Source: Oscillospiraceae bacterium
GTDB taxonomy: Bacteria > Bacillota > Clostridia > Christensenellales > Aristaeellaceae
NCBI GenBank assembly: GCA_031286995.1
Contig: JAITTS010000097.1
Location: 1 to 60,360, forward strand
Direction: 5' to 3'
Length of the DNA stretch: 60,360 nucleotides
Part shown: piece after piece, positions 37,269-46,109 of the stretch
Numbering within the stretch: the first letter of the stretch is position 1
Layout of the letters: every line of letters begins with the position of its first letter
The notes under the pieces: model-generated
What the model was told of the DNA's origin: nothing
Databases searched by the model: none
What the model saw: only the letters and a program-made list of their open reading frames with translations
Translations under genes and position numbers: made by a program

Positions 37269-37646
37269 ATGGCACGTATTTCGGGCGTGGATCTGCCGCG
37301 GGAAAAGCGGGTGGAGATCGGTCTGACCTACATTTTCGGCATCGGGCTCAAGACCGCGCAGAAGATTATTGCGCAGACCGGCATGAGCCCTGATACCCGT
37401 GTGAAGGATCTGACGGAGCAAGAAATCAATAAGCTGCGCGAATACATTGAGCGAAACCTGAAGGTGGAAGGCGACTTGCGCCGCGAGGTTTCTTTGAACA
37501 TCAAGCGCATGGTGGAGATCGGCTGCTATCGCGGCGTGCGCCATCGGCGCGGCTTGCCGGTGCGCGGGCAGAACACCAAACAGAACGCGCGCACCCGCAA
37601 GGGGCCCAAGCGCATTGTCAGCGGCAAAAAGAAGGCCGCCAAGTGA
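37269..37646 (+). CDS. rpsM: 30S ribosomal protein S13
   Basis: [26 protein letters not shown]... Confidence 0.98.
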   Translation: MARISGVDLPREKRVEIGLTYIFGIGLKTAQKIIAQTGMSPDTRVKDLTEQEINKLREYIERNLKVEGDLRREVSLNIKRMVEIGCYRGVRHRRGLPVRGQNTKQNARTRKGPKRIVSGKKKAAK

Positions 37647-37661
37647 TAGGAGGGATCGCAC

Positions 37662-38063
37662 ATGGCACCGAAACAAAAGCTTAAAAAGACCACGCGCAAG
37701 CGCCGGGAGCGCAAGCTGGTGGAGCGCGGCGCGGCGCATATTCGCTCCTCCTTCAACAACACCATCGTCACCATCACAGATACTGCGGGCAATGCCCTAT
37801 CCTGGGCATCCGCGGGCGGCCTGGGCTTTAGGGGCAGCAAAAAATCCACGCCCTTTGCCGCCCAGAGCGCGGCGGAGACCGCGGCCCGATCCGCCATGGA
37901 GTACGGCCTGCGCACCGTAGAGGTGTACGTAAAAGGCCCGGGATCCGGGCGCGAGGCGGCGATCCGCTCGCTGCAGGCCGCCGGGCTGGAGGTCAACATG
38001 ATCAAGGACGTGACGCCCATCCCGCATAACGGATGCCGTCCGCCCAAGCGCAGAAGGGTGTAA
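37662..38063 (+). CDS. rpsK: 30S ribosomal protein S11
   Basis: ...[44 protein letters not shown]... Confidence 0.98.
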   Translation: MAPKQKLKKTTRKRRERKLVERGAAHIRSSFNNTIVTITDTAGNALSWASAGGLGFRGSKKSTPFAAQSAAETAARSAMEYGLRTVEVYVKGPGSGREAAIRSLQAAGLEVNMIKDVTPIPHNGCRPPKRRRV

Positions 38064-38076
38064 GGAGGATATCTCA

Positions 38077-38703
38077 ATGGCAAGATATACGGGTTCGGTT
38101 TGCCGCCTGTGCCGCCGGGAGGGGCAGAAGCTCTTCCTCAAGGGTGAGCGTTGCTTTTCCGCTAAGTGCGCGGTGGGCGCGCGCCCCACGCCGCCGGGCC
38201 AGCACGGCCAGGCGCGTCAGCGTAAAATGTCTGAGTACGGCCTGCAACTGCGCGAGAAGCAAAAGGCCCGCCGCGCTTACGGCGTGCTGGAATCGCAGTT
38301 CCACCGCTATTACGAAAAAGCCACCAATATGAAGGGCATCACCGGCGAAAACCTGCTGCAGCTGCTGGAGCGCCGCCTGGATAACGTGATCTACCGCTTG
38401 GGGCTGGCCGCTTCGCGCCCCCAAGCTCGCCAGGTGGTGCGTCACGGTCACATCCTGGTGGATGGTAAAAAGGTGGATATCCCCTCCTACCTGGTCAAGA
38501 CGGGCGAGGTGATCACCCTGCGCGCCCGTAGCCAGGAGCAGGATCACTTCAAGATCCTGCGCGAGGGCAGCGGTCGCATCATCCCCAAGTGGCTGACCTT
38601 TGATGCGCAGAACCTGACCGGCACGGTCGCCGCGCTGCCCGCCCGCGAGGATATTGACCTGTCGATAGAGGAACACCTCATCGTCGAGTTGTACTCCCGC
38701 TGA
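38077..38703 (+). CDS. rpsD: 30S ribosomal protein S4
   Basis: [31 protein letters not shown]... Confidence 0.98.
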   Translation: MARYTGSVCRLCRREGQKLFLKGERCFSAKCAVGARPTPPGQHGQARQRKMSEYGLQLREKQKARRAYGVLESQFHRYYEKATNMKGITGENLLQLLERRLDNVIYRLGLAASRPQARQVVRHGHILVDGKKVDIPSYLVKTGEVITLRARSQEQDHFKILREGSGRIIPKWLTFDAQNLTGTVAALPAREDIDLSIEEHLIVELYSR

Positions 38704-38759
38704 TGAGGCTGCGCGCAGCCTTTCCGCGTCGATCATCGATTATGAGGAGGGTTTGTTGA

Positions 38760-39713
38760 ATGATCGAAATCGAAAAGCCCAGAATTGAGCGGCTGGAGAT
38801 GGAGAAGGTCGGCGAAAACAGTTGCTACAGCAAGTTTGTGGTAGAGCCCCTGGAGCGCGGCTTCGGCCACACTCTGGGCAACTCACTGCGTCGGGTACTG
38901 CTCTCCTCGCTTCCGGGCGTGTCGGTCACCAGCGTGCGCATCGACGGCATACAGCATGAGTTTTCCGCCATCCCGGGCGTCAAAGAGGATGTGACCGAGA
39001 TCATCCTCAATTTAAAAGAGGTTTCCGCGCGCCTGTTCTGCGAGGGCATCAAGCAGATTACCGTGGAAAAGGAAGGCCCGGCGGAGTTGACCGCTGCGGA
39101 TTTCGCCACCGACGACGAGGTAGAGATCATCAACGGCGGTTTGCACATTGCTACCCTCAACGAGGATGCGCACCTCACCATCCACATCACGCTGGAGAAG
39201 GGCCGCGGCTACGTGACTGCGGATCGCAACAAGCAGCAGAGCGCGCCGATCGGCGTGATCCCGGTAGATTCCATCTTTACCCCCATCCGCAGGGTCAACT
39301 ACGCGGTGGAGGATACACGCGTCGGCCAGATGACCGACTTTGACAAGCTGATTATTGAGGTGTGGACCAACGGTAGCATCATGCCCGATGAGGCCATCAG
39401 CGTAGCAGCCAAAATACTTGCCGGACATCTGACGCTCTTTATCAATCTGACGGAGCACGTGATCCCCGTGGATTTTAACGAGCCGGAGGACGACAAGAAG
39501 GAAAAAGTGCTGGAGATGACCATTGAGGAGCTGGATCTTTCGGTGCGCGCCTACAACTGCCTTAAGCGCGCCGGCATCAACACCGTATCCGAGTTGGTGC
39601 AGCGCAATCAAGAGGATATGATGAAGGTGCGCAACCTGGGCAAAAAGTCTCTGGAGGAGGTAGAGCAAAAGCTCGCCGCCTTGGGGCTGGGCCTGCGCGC
39701 CGGTGACGAATGA
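38760..39713 (+). CDS. rpoA: DNA-directed RNA polymerase subunit alpha
   Basis: [10 protein letters not shown]...[20 protein letters not shown]... The C-terminal domain has [19 protein letters not shown]. Confidence 0.98.
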   Translation: MIEIEKPRIERLEMEKVGENSCYSKFVVEPLERGFGHTLGNSLRRVLLSSLPGVSVTSVRIDGIQHEFSAIPGVKEDVTEIILNLKEVSARLFCEGIKQITVEKEGPAELTAADFATDDEVEIINGGLHIATLNEDAHLTIHITLEKGRGYVTADRNKQQSAPIGVIPVDSIFTPIRRVNYAVEDTRVGQMTDFDKLIIEVWTNGSIMPDEAISVAAKILAGHLTLFINLTEHVIPVDFNEPEDDKKEKVLEMTIEELDLSVRAYNCLKRAGINTVSELVQRNQEDMMKVRNLGKKSLEEVEQKLAALGLGLRAGDE

Positions 39714-39749
39714 TCCCGGTACCCGCAAGTTTGAAGGAGGTTCCTAACT

Positions 39750-40262
39750 ATGGCTTATCAACGCAAACTCGGCCGACCGGCGGATCAGCGCAAGGCGCTT
39801 TTGCGCAACCAGGTGACCCAGCTCATCTGGCACGGTCGCATTGAAACCACGCTGGCGCGCGCCAAGGAGGTGCGATCCGCCGCAGAACGGCTGATCACCC
39901 TGGCCATCCGCGAGTGCGACAACAATGTGGAGGCCACCAAGACCTACAACAACGAAAAAGGCCAGTCCGTCAGCATCACGGTGCGCAACGACAGCCCGTC
40001 AAAGTTGCATGCCCGGCGGCTGATCATGGCCTACCTGTACGATGTGAAAGAGCAGAAGAAGCCGGATGAGAACAAGCGCGAGTTCAGAGAGCGCACCAAG
40101 GATGTGAAACATCCCTGCGTGGAGAAGCTCTTTCAAGAGATCGGCCCCAAGTACAAAAAGCGCAATACGGAAAAGAGCTGCGCGGGCGGCTACACCCGTA
40201 TCCTCAAAAAGGGACCGCGGCGCGGCGACGCGGCAGAGATGGTGATTTTGGAGCTGGTTTAA
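39750..40262 (+). CDS. rplQ: 50S ribosomal protein L17 (long form, 170 aa)
   Basis: [40 protein letters not shown]...[25 protein letters not shown], with extra internal segments. Confidence 0.95.
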   Translation: MAYQRKLGRPADQRKALLRNQVTQLIWHGRIETTLARAKEVRSAAERLITLAIRECDNNVEATKTYNNEKGQSVSITVRNDSPSKLHARRLIMAYLYDVKEQKKPDENKREFRERTKDVKHPCVEKLFQEIGPKYKKRNTEKSCAGGYTRILKKGPRRGDAAEMVILELV

Positions 40263-40322
40263 TAACAGCTTAAAGGTTGCCGACATGCCCGCCCGCGCGG
40301 CGGCCAGGTTTTGCCGAGGTAT

Positions 40323-40350
40323 GGCCGCGTCCCGCAGGGCGCGGCCTTTC
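40323..40350 (+). terminator. Hairpin after rplQ, a possible (weak) terminator of the alpha operon
   Basis: GGCCGCGtCCC-gca-GGGcGCGGCC followed by TTTCGG. The T-tract is short. Confidence 0.4.
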
Positions 40351-40385
40351 GGCTGATACCCAACACAGCGTATAGGAGAAAGGTT

Positions 40386-41246
40386 TTGACCATACAACAA
40401 AGTGCCCCATCCCCCAAGGTGAGCGTGGAGGATGCGGTGTTCACCTATCAAGAGGATGCAGCCCCGGCCGTCGACCATGTCACCCTGCCCATCGCACCAG
40501 GAGAATTTGTGGCCGTGCTGGGGCACAACGGCAGCGGCAAGTCATCCCTGGCCAAGCTGCTCAATGCCTTGCATTTGCCCACCCAGGGCGCGGTGTACGT
40601 GTGCGGCATGGATACCCGGCAGGAGGCGCTGCTGTGGGATATCCGCCAGCGCGCGGGCATGGTGTTTCAAAACCCGGATAATCAGTTGGTCTCCACCATC
40701 GTGGAGGAAGATGTGGCCTTCGGTCTGGAAAACCTTGGCGTGCCCCCGCCCCAGATACGCGAGCGGGTGGATGCGGCCCTGGCCGCGGTGCAGATGAGCG
40801 ATTATCGCGCGGCCGCGCCGCACATGCTTTCGGGCGGGCAAAAGCAGCGTGTGGCCATAGCCGGTGTGCTGGCCATGGCCCCGGAGATCATGATTTTGGA
40901 CGAGGCTACCGCCATGCTCGATCCATCCGGCAGGCGAGAGGTGCTGGATACCATGTGTACGCTGCACCGGGAGCGCGGCATGACCGTGGTGTGGATCACC
41001 CACGCCATGGATGAGGCCGCTGTGGCCCAGCGCGTGGTGGTGCTGCAAGCGGGGCGCGTGGCCCTGACCGGCACCCCCCGGCAGGTGTTCGCTCAGGTGG
41101 AACGTATGCGCGCGCTGAAGCTGGATGTGCCGCCTATGGCGGAGATGGCGCGCCTGTTGCGCGCGCGGGGCGTACCCGTGGCGGCGGATGTGCTGACCGT
41201 GGAGGAAATGGTGGAGGAAGTATGCCGATTGTCATCGAAAACCTGA
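40386..41246 (+). CDS. ecfA1: ECF transporter ATPase component EcfA1
   Basis: ABC motifs GHNGSGKSS, LSGGQKQRVAIAG and ILDEAT are present. The likely TTG start at 40386 sits 7 nt after AGGAG. The track ORF start at 40311 would include the preceding hairpin. Confidence 0.9.
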   Translation: MTIQQSAPSPKVSVEDAVFTYQEDAAPAVDHVTLPIAPGEFVAVLGHNGSGKSSLAKLLNALHLPTQGAVYVCGMDTRQEALLWDIRQRAGMVFQNPDNQLVSTIVEEDVAFGLENLGVPPPQIRERVDAALAAVQMSDYRAAAPHMLSGGQKQRVAIAGVLAMAPEIMILDEATAMLDPSGRREVLDTMCTLHRERGMTVVWITHAMDEAAVAQRVVVLQAGRVALTGTPRQVFAQVERMRALKLDVPPMAEMARLLRARGVPVAADVLTVEEMVEEVCRLSSKT

Positions 41247-42085
41247 CGCATACCTACATGCCCGGCAGCCCCTTTCAGGCTACGGCGGTGCACGATGTCT
41301 CTCTGACCGTAGGCGACGGTGAGTTTTTGGGGCTCATCGGGCACACAGGCAGCGGTAAATCCACGCTGGTGCAGCACCTCAACGGGCTTCTGCGGCCCAC
41401 GGCAGGCCGGGTGCTGGTGGATGGCGTGGATGTATTTGCCAAGGGCACGGATCGTCGGGCCATCCGCCACAAGGTGGGTTTGGTGTTTCAGTATCCCGAG
41501 CATCAGCTGTTTGATGAGACCGTGGCCAAGGATATCGCCTTTGGCCCCCACAACATGGGTCTGGATAAAGAGCATGTGGAGGCGCGCGTGCTGCAGGCCT
41601 GCCAGTGGGTGGGCATTGATTACCAAGCCCTGGGGGATCGCTCCATCTACGAGCTTTCCGGCGGGCAGATGCGCCGGGTGGCCATCGCTGGCGTACTGGC
41701 CATGCAGCCCCAGGTGTTGGTGCTGGATGAACCCACCGCCGGGCTGGATCCCCGCGGCAGGGAGGATATTCTGACCATGGTGCAGCGCTTGCACGCAGAG
41801 CAGGCCATCACAGTCATCATGGTATCCCACAGCATGGAGGATGTGGCGCGGCTGGTGAACCGTATCGTGGTGATGAATAAGGGCCGCGTGGCCATGGATG
41901 GCGCGCCCAGGCAGATATTCACCCGGGGTGAAGAGCTGCGCGCCATGGGGCTGGATGTGCCGGAGGCTGTGCGCCTGGCGGATGCTCTGCGGGCACGTGG
42001 CTTTGCCATTCCCCCGGAGGCCTGTCTGCCCGAGGAGGTCTGCGCTGCTGTCGCACAGGCGCTGGGGGAGGTGGGCGCGTGCTGA
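41222..42085 (+). CDS. ecfA2: ECF transporter ATPase component EcfA2
   Basis: GHTGSGKST, LSGGQMRRVAIAG and VLDEPT are present. It is second of the ecfA1-A2-T triad. Confidence 0.92.
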   Translation: MPIVIENLTHTYMPGSPFQATAVHDVSLTVGDGEFLGLIGHTGSGKSTLVQHLNGLLRPTAGRVLVDGVDVFAKGTDRRAIRHKVGLVFQYPEHQLFDETVAKDIAFGPHNMGLDKEHVEARVLQACQWVGIDYQALGDRSIYELSGGQMRRVAIAGVLAMQPQVLVLDEPTAGLDPRGREDILTMVQRLHAEQAITVIMVSHSMEDVARLVNRIVVMNKGRVAMDGAPRQIFTRGEELRAMGLDVPEAVRLADALRARGFAIPPEACLPEEVCAAVAQALGEVGAC

Positions 42086-42885
42086 GAGATATCACCCTGG
42101 GGCAGTACCACCCCGGCGATTCTTGCGTGCACAGGCTGGATCCGCGCACCAAGCTGGTGCTGACCATCGCCTACATTGCGGCGGTGTTTCTGGTGCGCGG
42201 CTTTGTGGGCTACGCGCTGGCCGCAGCCTTCCTGCTGGGCGCCACGCGTCTGGCGACCATTTCGGTGCGCTTTTTGCTCAAGGGCGTCAAGCCCTTGGTC
42301 ATGATCCTGGCTTTCACCTTCGTGCTCAACGTGCTCTTCGCCCCCGGCGAAACGGTGTGGCTGACCTGGGGCGCGTTGCGGGTGACGCGGGAGGGTGTGC
42401 TGACCGCGCTGTATTTTTCTCTGCGGCTGGTGTTCTTGGTGATGGGCACATCCCTGCTGACGCTCACCACATCCCCCGTGGCGCTGACCGATGCCATGGA
42501 ACGGCTGCTATCCCCCCTGCGGGCGGTGCGCTTCCCGGTGCACGAGCTGGCCATGATGATGAGCATTGCCCTGCGCTTCATCCCCACCTTGCTGGAGGAG
42601 ACCGATAAGATCATGAAGGCCCAAATGGCCCGTGGTGCGGATTTTGAGAGCGGTAACCTGCTGCGCCGAGCCCGCGCCATGGTGCCCCTGCTGGTGCCCC
42701 TGTTCGTCAGCGCCTTTCAGCGCGCCGCGGAGTTGGCCATGGCCATGGAGGCCCGCTGCTATCGCGGCGGCACCCACCGCACGCGCATGAAGGTGCTGCG
42801 CTACACCCGGTTGGATGGGGTAGCGGCGGCATGCATGGCTTTGCTGATCGCCCTGATTGCGCTGGAGGGTCGCCTGTATGGATGA
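42079..42885 (+). CDS. ecfT: ECF transporter transmembrane component EcfT
   Basis: Multi-TM protein with the conserved ARG...AMEARxY region (MARGADFESG ... AMAMEARCYRGG). Confidence 0.9.
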   Translation: MLRDITLGQYHPGDSCVHRLDPRTKLVLTIAYIAAVFLVRGFVGYALAAAFLLGATRLATISVRFLLKGVKPLVMILAFTFVLNVLFAPGETVWLTWGALRVTREGVLTALYFSLRLVFLVMGTSLLTLTTSPVALTDAMERLLSPLRAVRFPVHELAMMMSIALRFIPTLLEETDKIMKAQMARGADFESGNLLRRARAMVPLLVPLFVSAFQRAAELAMAMEARCYRGGTHRTRMKVLRYTRLDGVAAACMALLIALIALEGRLYG

Positions 42886-43681
42886 GCGCGAGGGGGCAAA
42901 GCGGCGCATCCGCATGGTGGTGGCTTACGACGGTACGCGCTATGCGGGGTTTCAGCTACAGCTGGGGGTGCCCAGCATCCAGGGCGAGCTGGAGAAGGCC
43001 CTGGGCAAGCTGCTCGGCGGATCCCGCACCGTGGTGTTCGGCGCCAGCCGTACGGATGGCGGTGTGCACGCTGAAGGCCAGGTGGTGCACTTTGATATGA
43101 CGGGCCGCATCCCGGCGGAAAAGATCGCTTTTGCGCTGAACACCATGCTGCCGGATGACATCCGGGTGACGGATTCCCGCCGGGCGGCGGATGGCTTTCA
43201 CGCCCGGTTCCACGCCACGGGCAAGCTGTACCGCTACAGCGTGTGGAACGCCCGGCATGCCTCGCCCCTGCACAGGCTGACCCACGCCCATGTGCCTGTG
43301 CCCCTGGATATGGATGCCATGCGCTCAGAGGCGTTGACCCTGGTGGGCGAGCACGATTTTCGCGCTTTTCAGGCTGCGGGGGCGGCGGGGGGCAGCACCC
43401 GCCGCCGGGTACATCGCGTGCGGCTCTATCAGCAGGGCCCGCACATAGAGCTTTTAATACACGGCAACGCCTTTCTGTACAACATGGTGCGCATCGTTGC
43501 GGGCACACTGATGGATGTGGGCAGGGGGCAAGTGCTCCCTGGCGCCGTGGCCCGGGCCCTCACAAGCGGCGACAGGCTGGATCTGGGGGTCACCGCCCCG
43601 GCTCGCGGCCTGACGCTCTTGCGCGTGTTCTACGCTGATGACGACCAAGCCGACGCTTACTTCGGCGTCCCCTTGCGCTAG
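42878..43681 (+). CDS. truA: tRNA pseudouridine(38-40) synthase TruA
   Basis: RIRMVVAYDGTRYAGFQLQ...GASRTDGGVHAEGQVVHFD. A GGAGGG RBS lies before ATG 42878. Confidence 0.93.
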   Translation: MDEREGAKRRIRMVVAYDGTRYAGFQLQLGVPSIQGELEKALGKLLGGSRTVVFGASRTDGGVHAEGQVVHFDMTGRIPAEKIAFALNTMLPDDIRVTDSRRAADGFHARFHATGKLYRYSVWNARHASPLHRLTHAHVPVPLDMDAMRSEALTLVGEHDFRAFQAAGAAGGSTRRRVHRVRLYQQGPHIELLIHGNAFLYNMVRIVAGTLMDVGRGQVLPGAVARALTSGDRLDLGVTAPARGLTLLRVFYADDDQADAYFGVPLR

Positions 43682-43714
43682 GGTACAACATTTGCACGCG
43701 CCCCTGCCACCTTG

Positions 43715-43743
43715 CCATGATTTGGGGCCGCCCCGCATAGACT
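43715..43743 (+). promoter_or_regulatory. Possible sigma-E-type promoter for spoIIID
   Basis: CCATGATT, a 13-nt spacer, then CATAGACT resembles the Bacillus sigma-E consensus (kmATATT / CATACAnT). This is a match by eye only. Confidence 0.3.
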
Positions 43744-43778
43744 GGCAACAAAATGCCACGCTATGGAGGGGGAGCGCC

Positions 43779-44042
43779 ATGAAGGATTACATTGAGGCGC
43801 GCGTGCTGCAGATCGCGGCGCACATCATTCAGACTGGGGCCACGGTTCGTCAGGCGGCTAAGGTATTCCGGGTTTCCAAATCCACCGTGCACAAGGATAT
43901 GGATGAGCGTCTGCCGGAGCTGGATGCGGATTTGGCGGCGCACGCCAGGCAGGTGCTGGCCCGCAACAAGGCAGAGCGCCACCTGCGCGGCGGCGAGGCC
44001 ACATGCCGCAAGTATCGGCAGAGCCGGGCGGCGGACGCATAA
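43779..44042 (+). CDS. spoIIID: Sporulation transcriptional regulator SpoIIID
   Basis: MKDYIEARVLQIAAHIIQTGATVRQAAKVFRVSKSTVHKDMDERLPELD... is the SpoIIID HTH signature. A GGAGGGGGAG RBS is present. Confidence 0.93.
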   Translation: MKDYIEARVLQIAAHIIQTGATVRQAAKVFRVSKSTVHKDMDERLPELDADLAAHARQVLARNKAERHLRGGEATCRKYRQSRAADA

Positions 44043-44067
44043 CGCAGACAGAGGAGAAGTACCAGAG

Positions 44068-45096
44068 ATGTTGGGCGTAAACGATATCGGTGTGGATCTG
44101 GGCACCGCCACGGTGCTGATCTACATGAAGAACAAGGGCATCCTGCTGCGCGAGCCGGCCATGGTGGCCATCGATAAAAACACGCGTAACCCCTTGGCCT
44201 GGGGCGAAAAGGCCTACATGATGCTGGGGCGTACCCCGGCGAACATTGCGGTTATACGCCCGTTGGCTGATGGCAGCATTGTGGATTACGATACGGCAGA
44301 GCGCATGCTGCGCTACTTTTTGCGCCGGGTGCTGGGCAAGCGCATGGTGTTTCGTCCCCGGGTGGTGGCCAGCCTGCCCGCTGCGGTCACTGAAGTGGAG
44401 AAGAGCTCTATGGTGGACGCCATCCTCTCCGTGGGTGCGCGCAAAGCCCAGCTCATCGATGAATCCGTGGCCGCGGCCATCGGCGCGGGGTTGGATGTGC
44501 AGAAGGCCTACGGATCCATGGTGGTCAACATCGGCGGAGGCATCACAGGTCTGGCGGTACTGGCCATGGGCCGCTGCGTGGTGTCGGATGCCACCACCAA
44601 GGCTACCGGCGACCGCATGAGCGAGGCCATCATCCGCTACCTGCGCCGCAAGCACAATCTGATGATCGGCGAACGATCGGCAGAGATGCTCAAGATCAAC
44701 ATCGGCGCGGCGCAACCCCGCAAGGATGTGCTGTACATGGAGGTAACGGGTCGTAACCTGCTGACCGGCCTGCCCAAGACGATTGCCGTAAGCTCTACGG
44801 AGATGGCCGACGCCATGGATGAGACCATTCAGACCCTGGTGGAGAGCATGCAGGCCATGCTGGAACGCACCCCGCCCGAGTTGGTGACGGATATCTTTGA
44901 CCGAGGCATCGTGCTCACTGGCGGTGGTTCGCAGCTCTTCGGGTTGGACAAGTTGCTCTCAGATCAACTGCGGGTGGATTGCCGGGTGGCCGATGACCCG
45001 GTGGCCAGCGTGGTCTTGGGCATCGGCATGATACTGGAGGAGATAGAGACCCACGGCAAGCTCTTGCTTGAGGGTGGCGCACGCACGGGCAGATAG
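44068..45096 (+). CDS. mbl: MreB-family rod-shape/actin-like protein. The Mbl assignment rests only on synteny with spoIIID
   Basis: DIGVDLGTATVLIYMKNKGILLREPAMVAID...VVNIGGGIT...GIVLTGGGSQL. Confidence 0.88.
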   Translation: MLGVNDIGVDLGTATVLIYMKNKGILLREPAMVAIDKNTRNPLAWGEKAYMMLGRTPANIAVIRPLADGSIVDYDTAERMLRYFLRRVLGKRMVFRPRVVASLPAAVTEVEKSSMVDAILSVGARKAQLIDESVAAAIGAGLDVQKAYGSMVVNIGGGITGLAVLAMGRCVVSDATTKATGDRMSEAIIRYLRRKHNLMIGERSAEMLKINIGAAQPRKDVLYMEVTGRNLLTGLPKTIAVSSTEMADAMDETIQTLVESMQAMLERTPPELVTDIFDRGIVLTGGGSQLFGLDKLLSDQLRVDCRVADDPVASVVLGIGMILEEIETHGKLLLEGGARTGR

Positions 45097-45101
45097 CGAG
45101 A

Positions 45102-45130
45102 TTGACAGCGCCGTACCCTCATGGTATAGT
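45102..45130 (+). promoter_or_regulatory. Sigma-A-type promoter for the 45192 gene
   Basis: TTGACA, a 17-nt spacer, then TATAGT. Confidence 0.5.
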
Positions 45131-45191
45131 AAAACGGTTCGCGCACATATTCGCATCCTATTTTGCGCCTTTGCGCCCAAGGAGGAAGCCC

Positions 45192-45746
45192 ATGCGCCTT
45201 TACAACACCCTCACCTTGCTCGCCCAAGCCACTGCCAGCCCCGCAGCCGTCCCAGCGGCCGCCCAAACGGCCTTTGTGTGGACGGAGCACCTGGGCGAGA
45301 TTATCACCACCGGGCTGTTATCCATGGTACCCACCTTTGAGGGCCGCTACGCCATAGAGGTGGGGCGGTTGCTGGGCATGCCGGTGCTCTTCGCCTTTAT
45401 TCTGGCCTTTGTGTGTTCCAGCATCCCCATGCCGCTGATCATGTGGCGGCTCAAGCCCATGCTGCGTTGGCTGTACAGCCGCCCTTGGCCCATTGCCCAA
45501 AAGGCGGCGGCTTGGGTAGAGAATCGGGCCGTGCGCAAGGCAAAAGAGGTGGAGACTGGCAGCCTGGTGGCGTTGTGCCTGTTTGTGGCGGTGCCCCTGC
45601 CCGGCACAGGGGTGTGGACGGGCAGCATCATCGCCACCCTGCTGGAGATGGATGTAAAGCGCGCATCCGTGGCCATCGTGCTGGGCAATTTGGGCGCGTG
45701 CTTAATCATGACGCTGTTGGGCACAGGCGTGCGGGCGATTTTTTAG
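45192..45746 (+). CDS. Small membrane protein, COG2426-type (annotated in databases as putative small multidrug export protein)
   Basis: ...SMVPTFEGRYAIEVGRLLGMP...AVPLPGTGVWTGSIIATLLEMD... A GGAGGAAG RBS lies before ATG 45192. Confidence 0.65.
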   Translation: MRLYNTLTLLAQATASPAAVPAAAQTAFVWTEHLGEIITTGLLSMVPTFEGRYAIEVGRLLGMPVLFAFILAFVCSSIPMPLIMWRLKPMLRWLYSRPWPIAQKAAAWVENRAVRKAKEVETGSLVALCLFVAVPLPGTGVWTGSIIATLLEMDVKRASVAIVLGNLGACLIMTLLGTGVRAIF

Positions 45747-45749
45747 GGC

Positions 45750-45778
45750 TTGACAACCCCGCCGGTTCGTGCTAATAT
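45750..45778 (+). promoter_or_regulatory. Promoter of the ilv leader
   Basis: TTGACA, a 17-nt spacer, then TAATAT. Confidence 0.55.
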
Positions 45779-45784
45779 ATCGCC

Positions 45785-46068
45785 CATACAACTTGATATG
45801 GTTGCGAGGAAGGGAAGCTCTCGCCGGCCGGAAGCGCAGAGAGGAAACGGGGCTGTAAGTTTCCGTGATGGCTGGCGATACGTCGTCCCAGAGCAGCGGG
45901 TCGAACGCGTACGCGCCTGTAGGCCCGCCGGAGCGCCCCACCGTGAAAAGGGGTCGGACATCCGACGCTCGTGCGCCGCGTGTCGCAGAGTGCGCGGCTT
46001 AGGCCGCGAAGATAGGTGGTACCGCGGAACAGACTTTCGCCCTATGGTGGCAGAAAGGCTGTTTTTTT
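45785..46068 (+). promoter_or_regulatory. T-box riboswitch leader with terminator, upstream of ilvB
   Basis: The conserved T-box sequence AGATAGGTGGTACCGCGG lies at 46010-46027. It is followed directly by a terminator stem (AGACTTTCGCC...GGCAGAAAGGCT) and GTTTTTTT (46027-46068). Upstream Stem-I-like elements include GTTGCGAGGAAG, the AG-bulge GCAGAGAGG and the helix GGAAAC/GTTTCC. Confidence 0.8.
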
Positions 46069-46109
46069 ATCAGACCGCCCGGCGGGCGGCATGCGGAGGG
46101 GGAAAGCCC

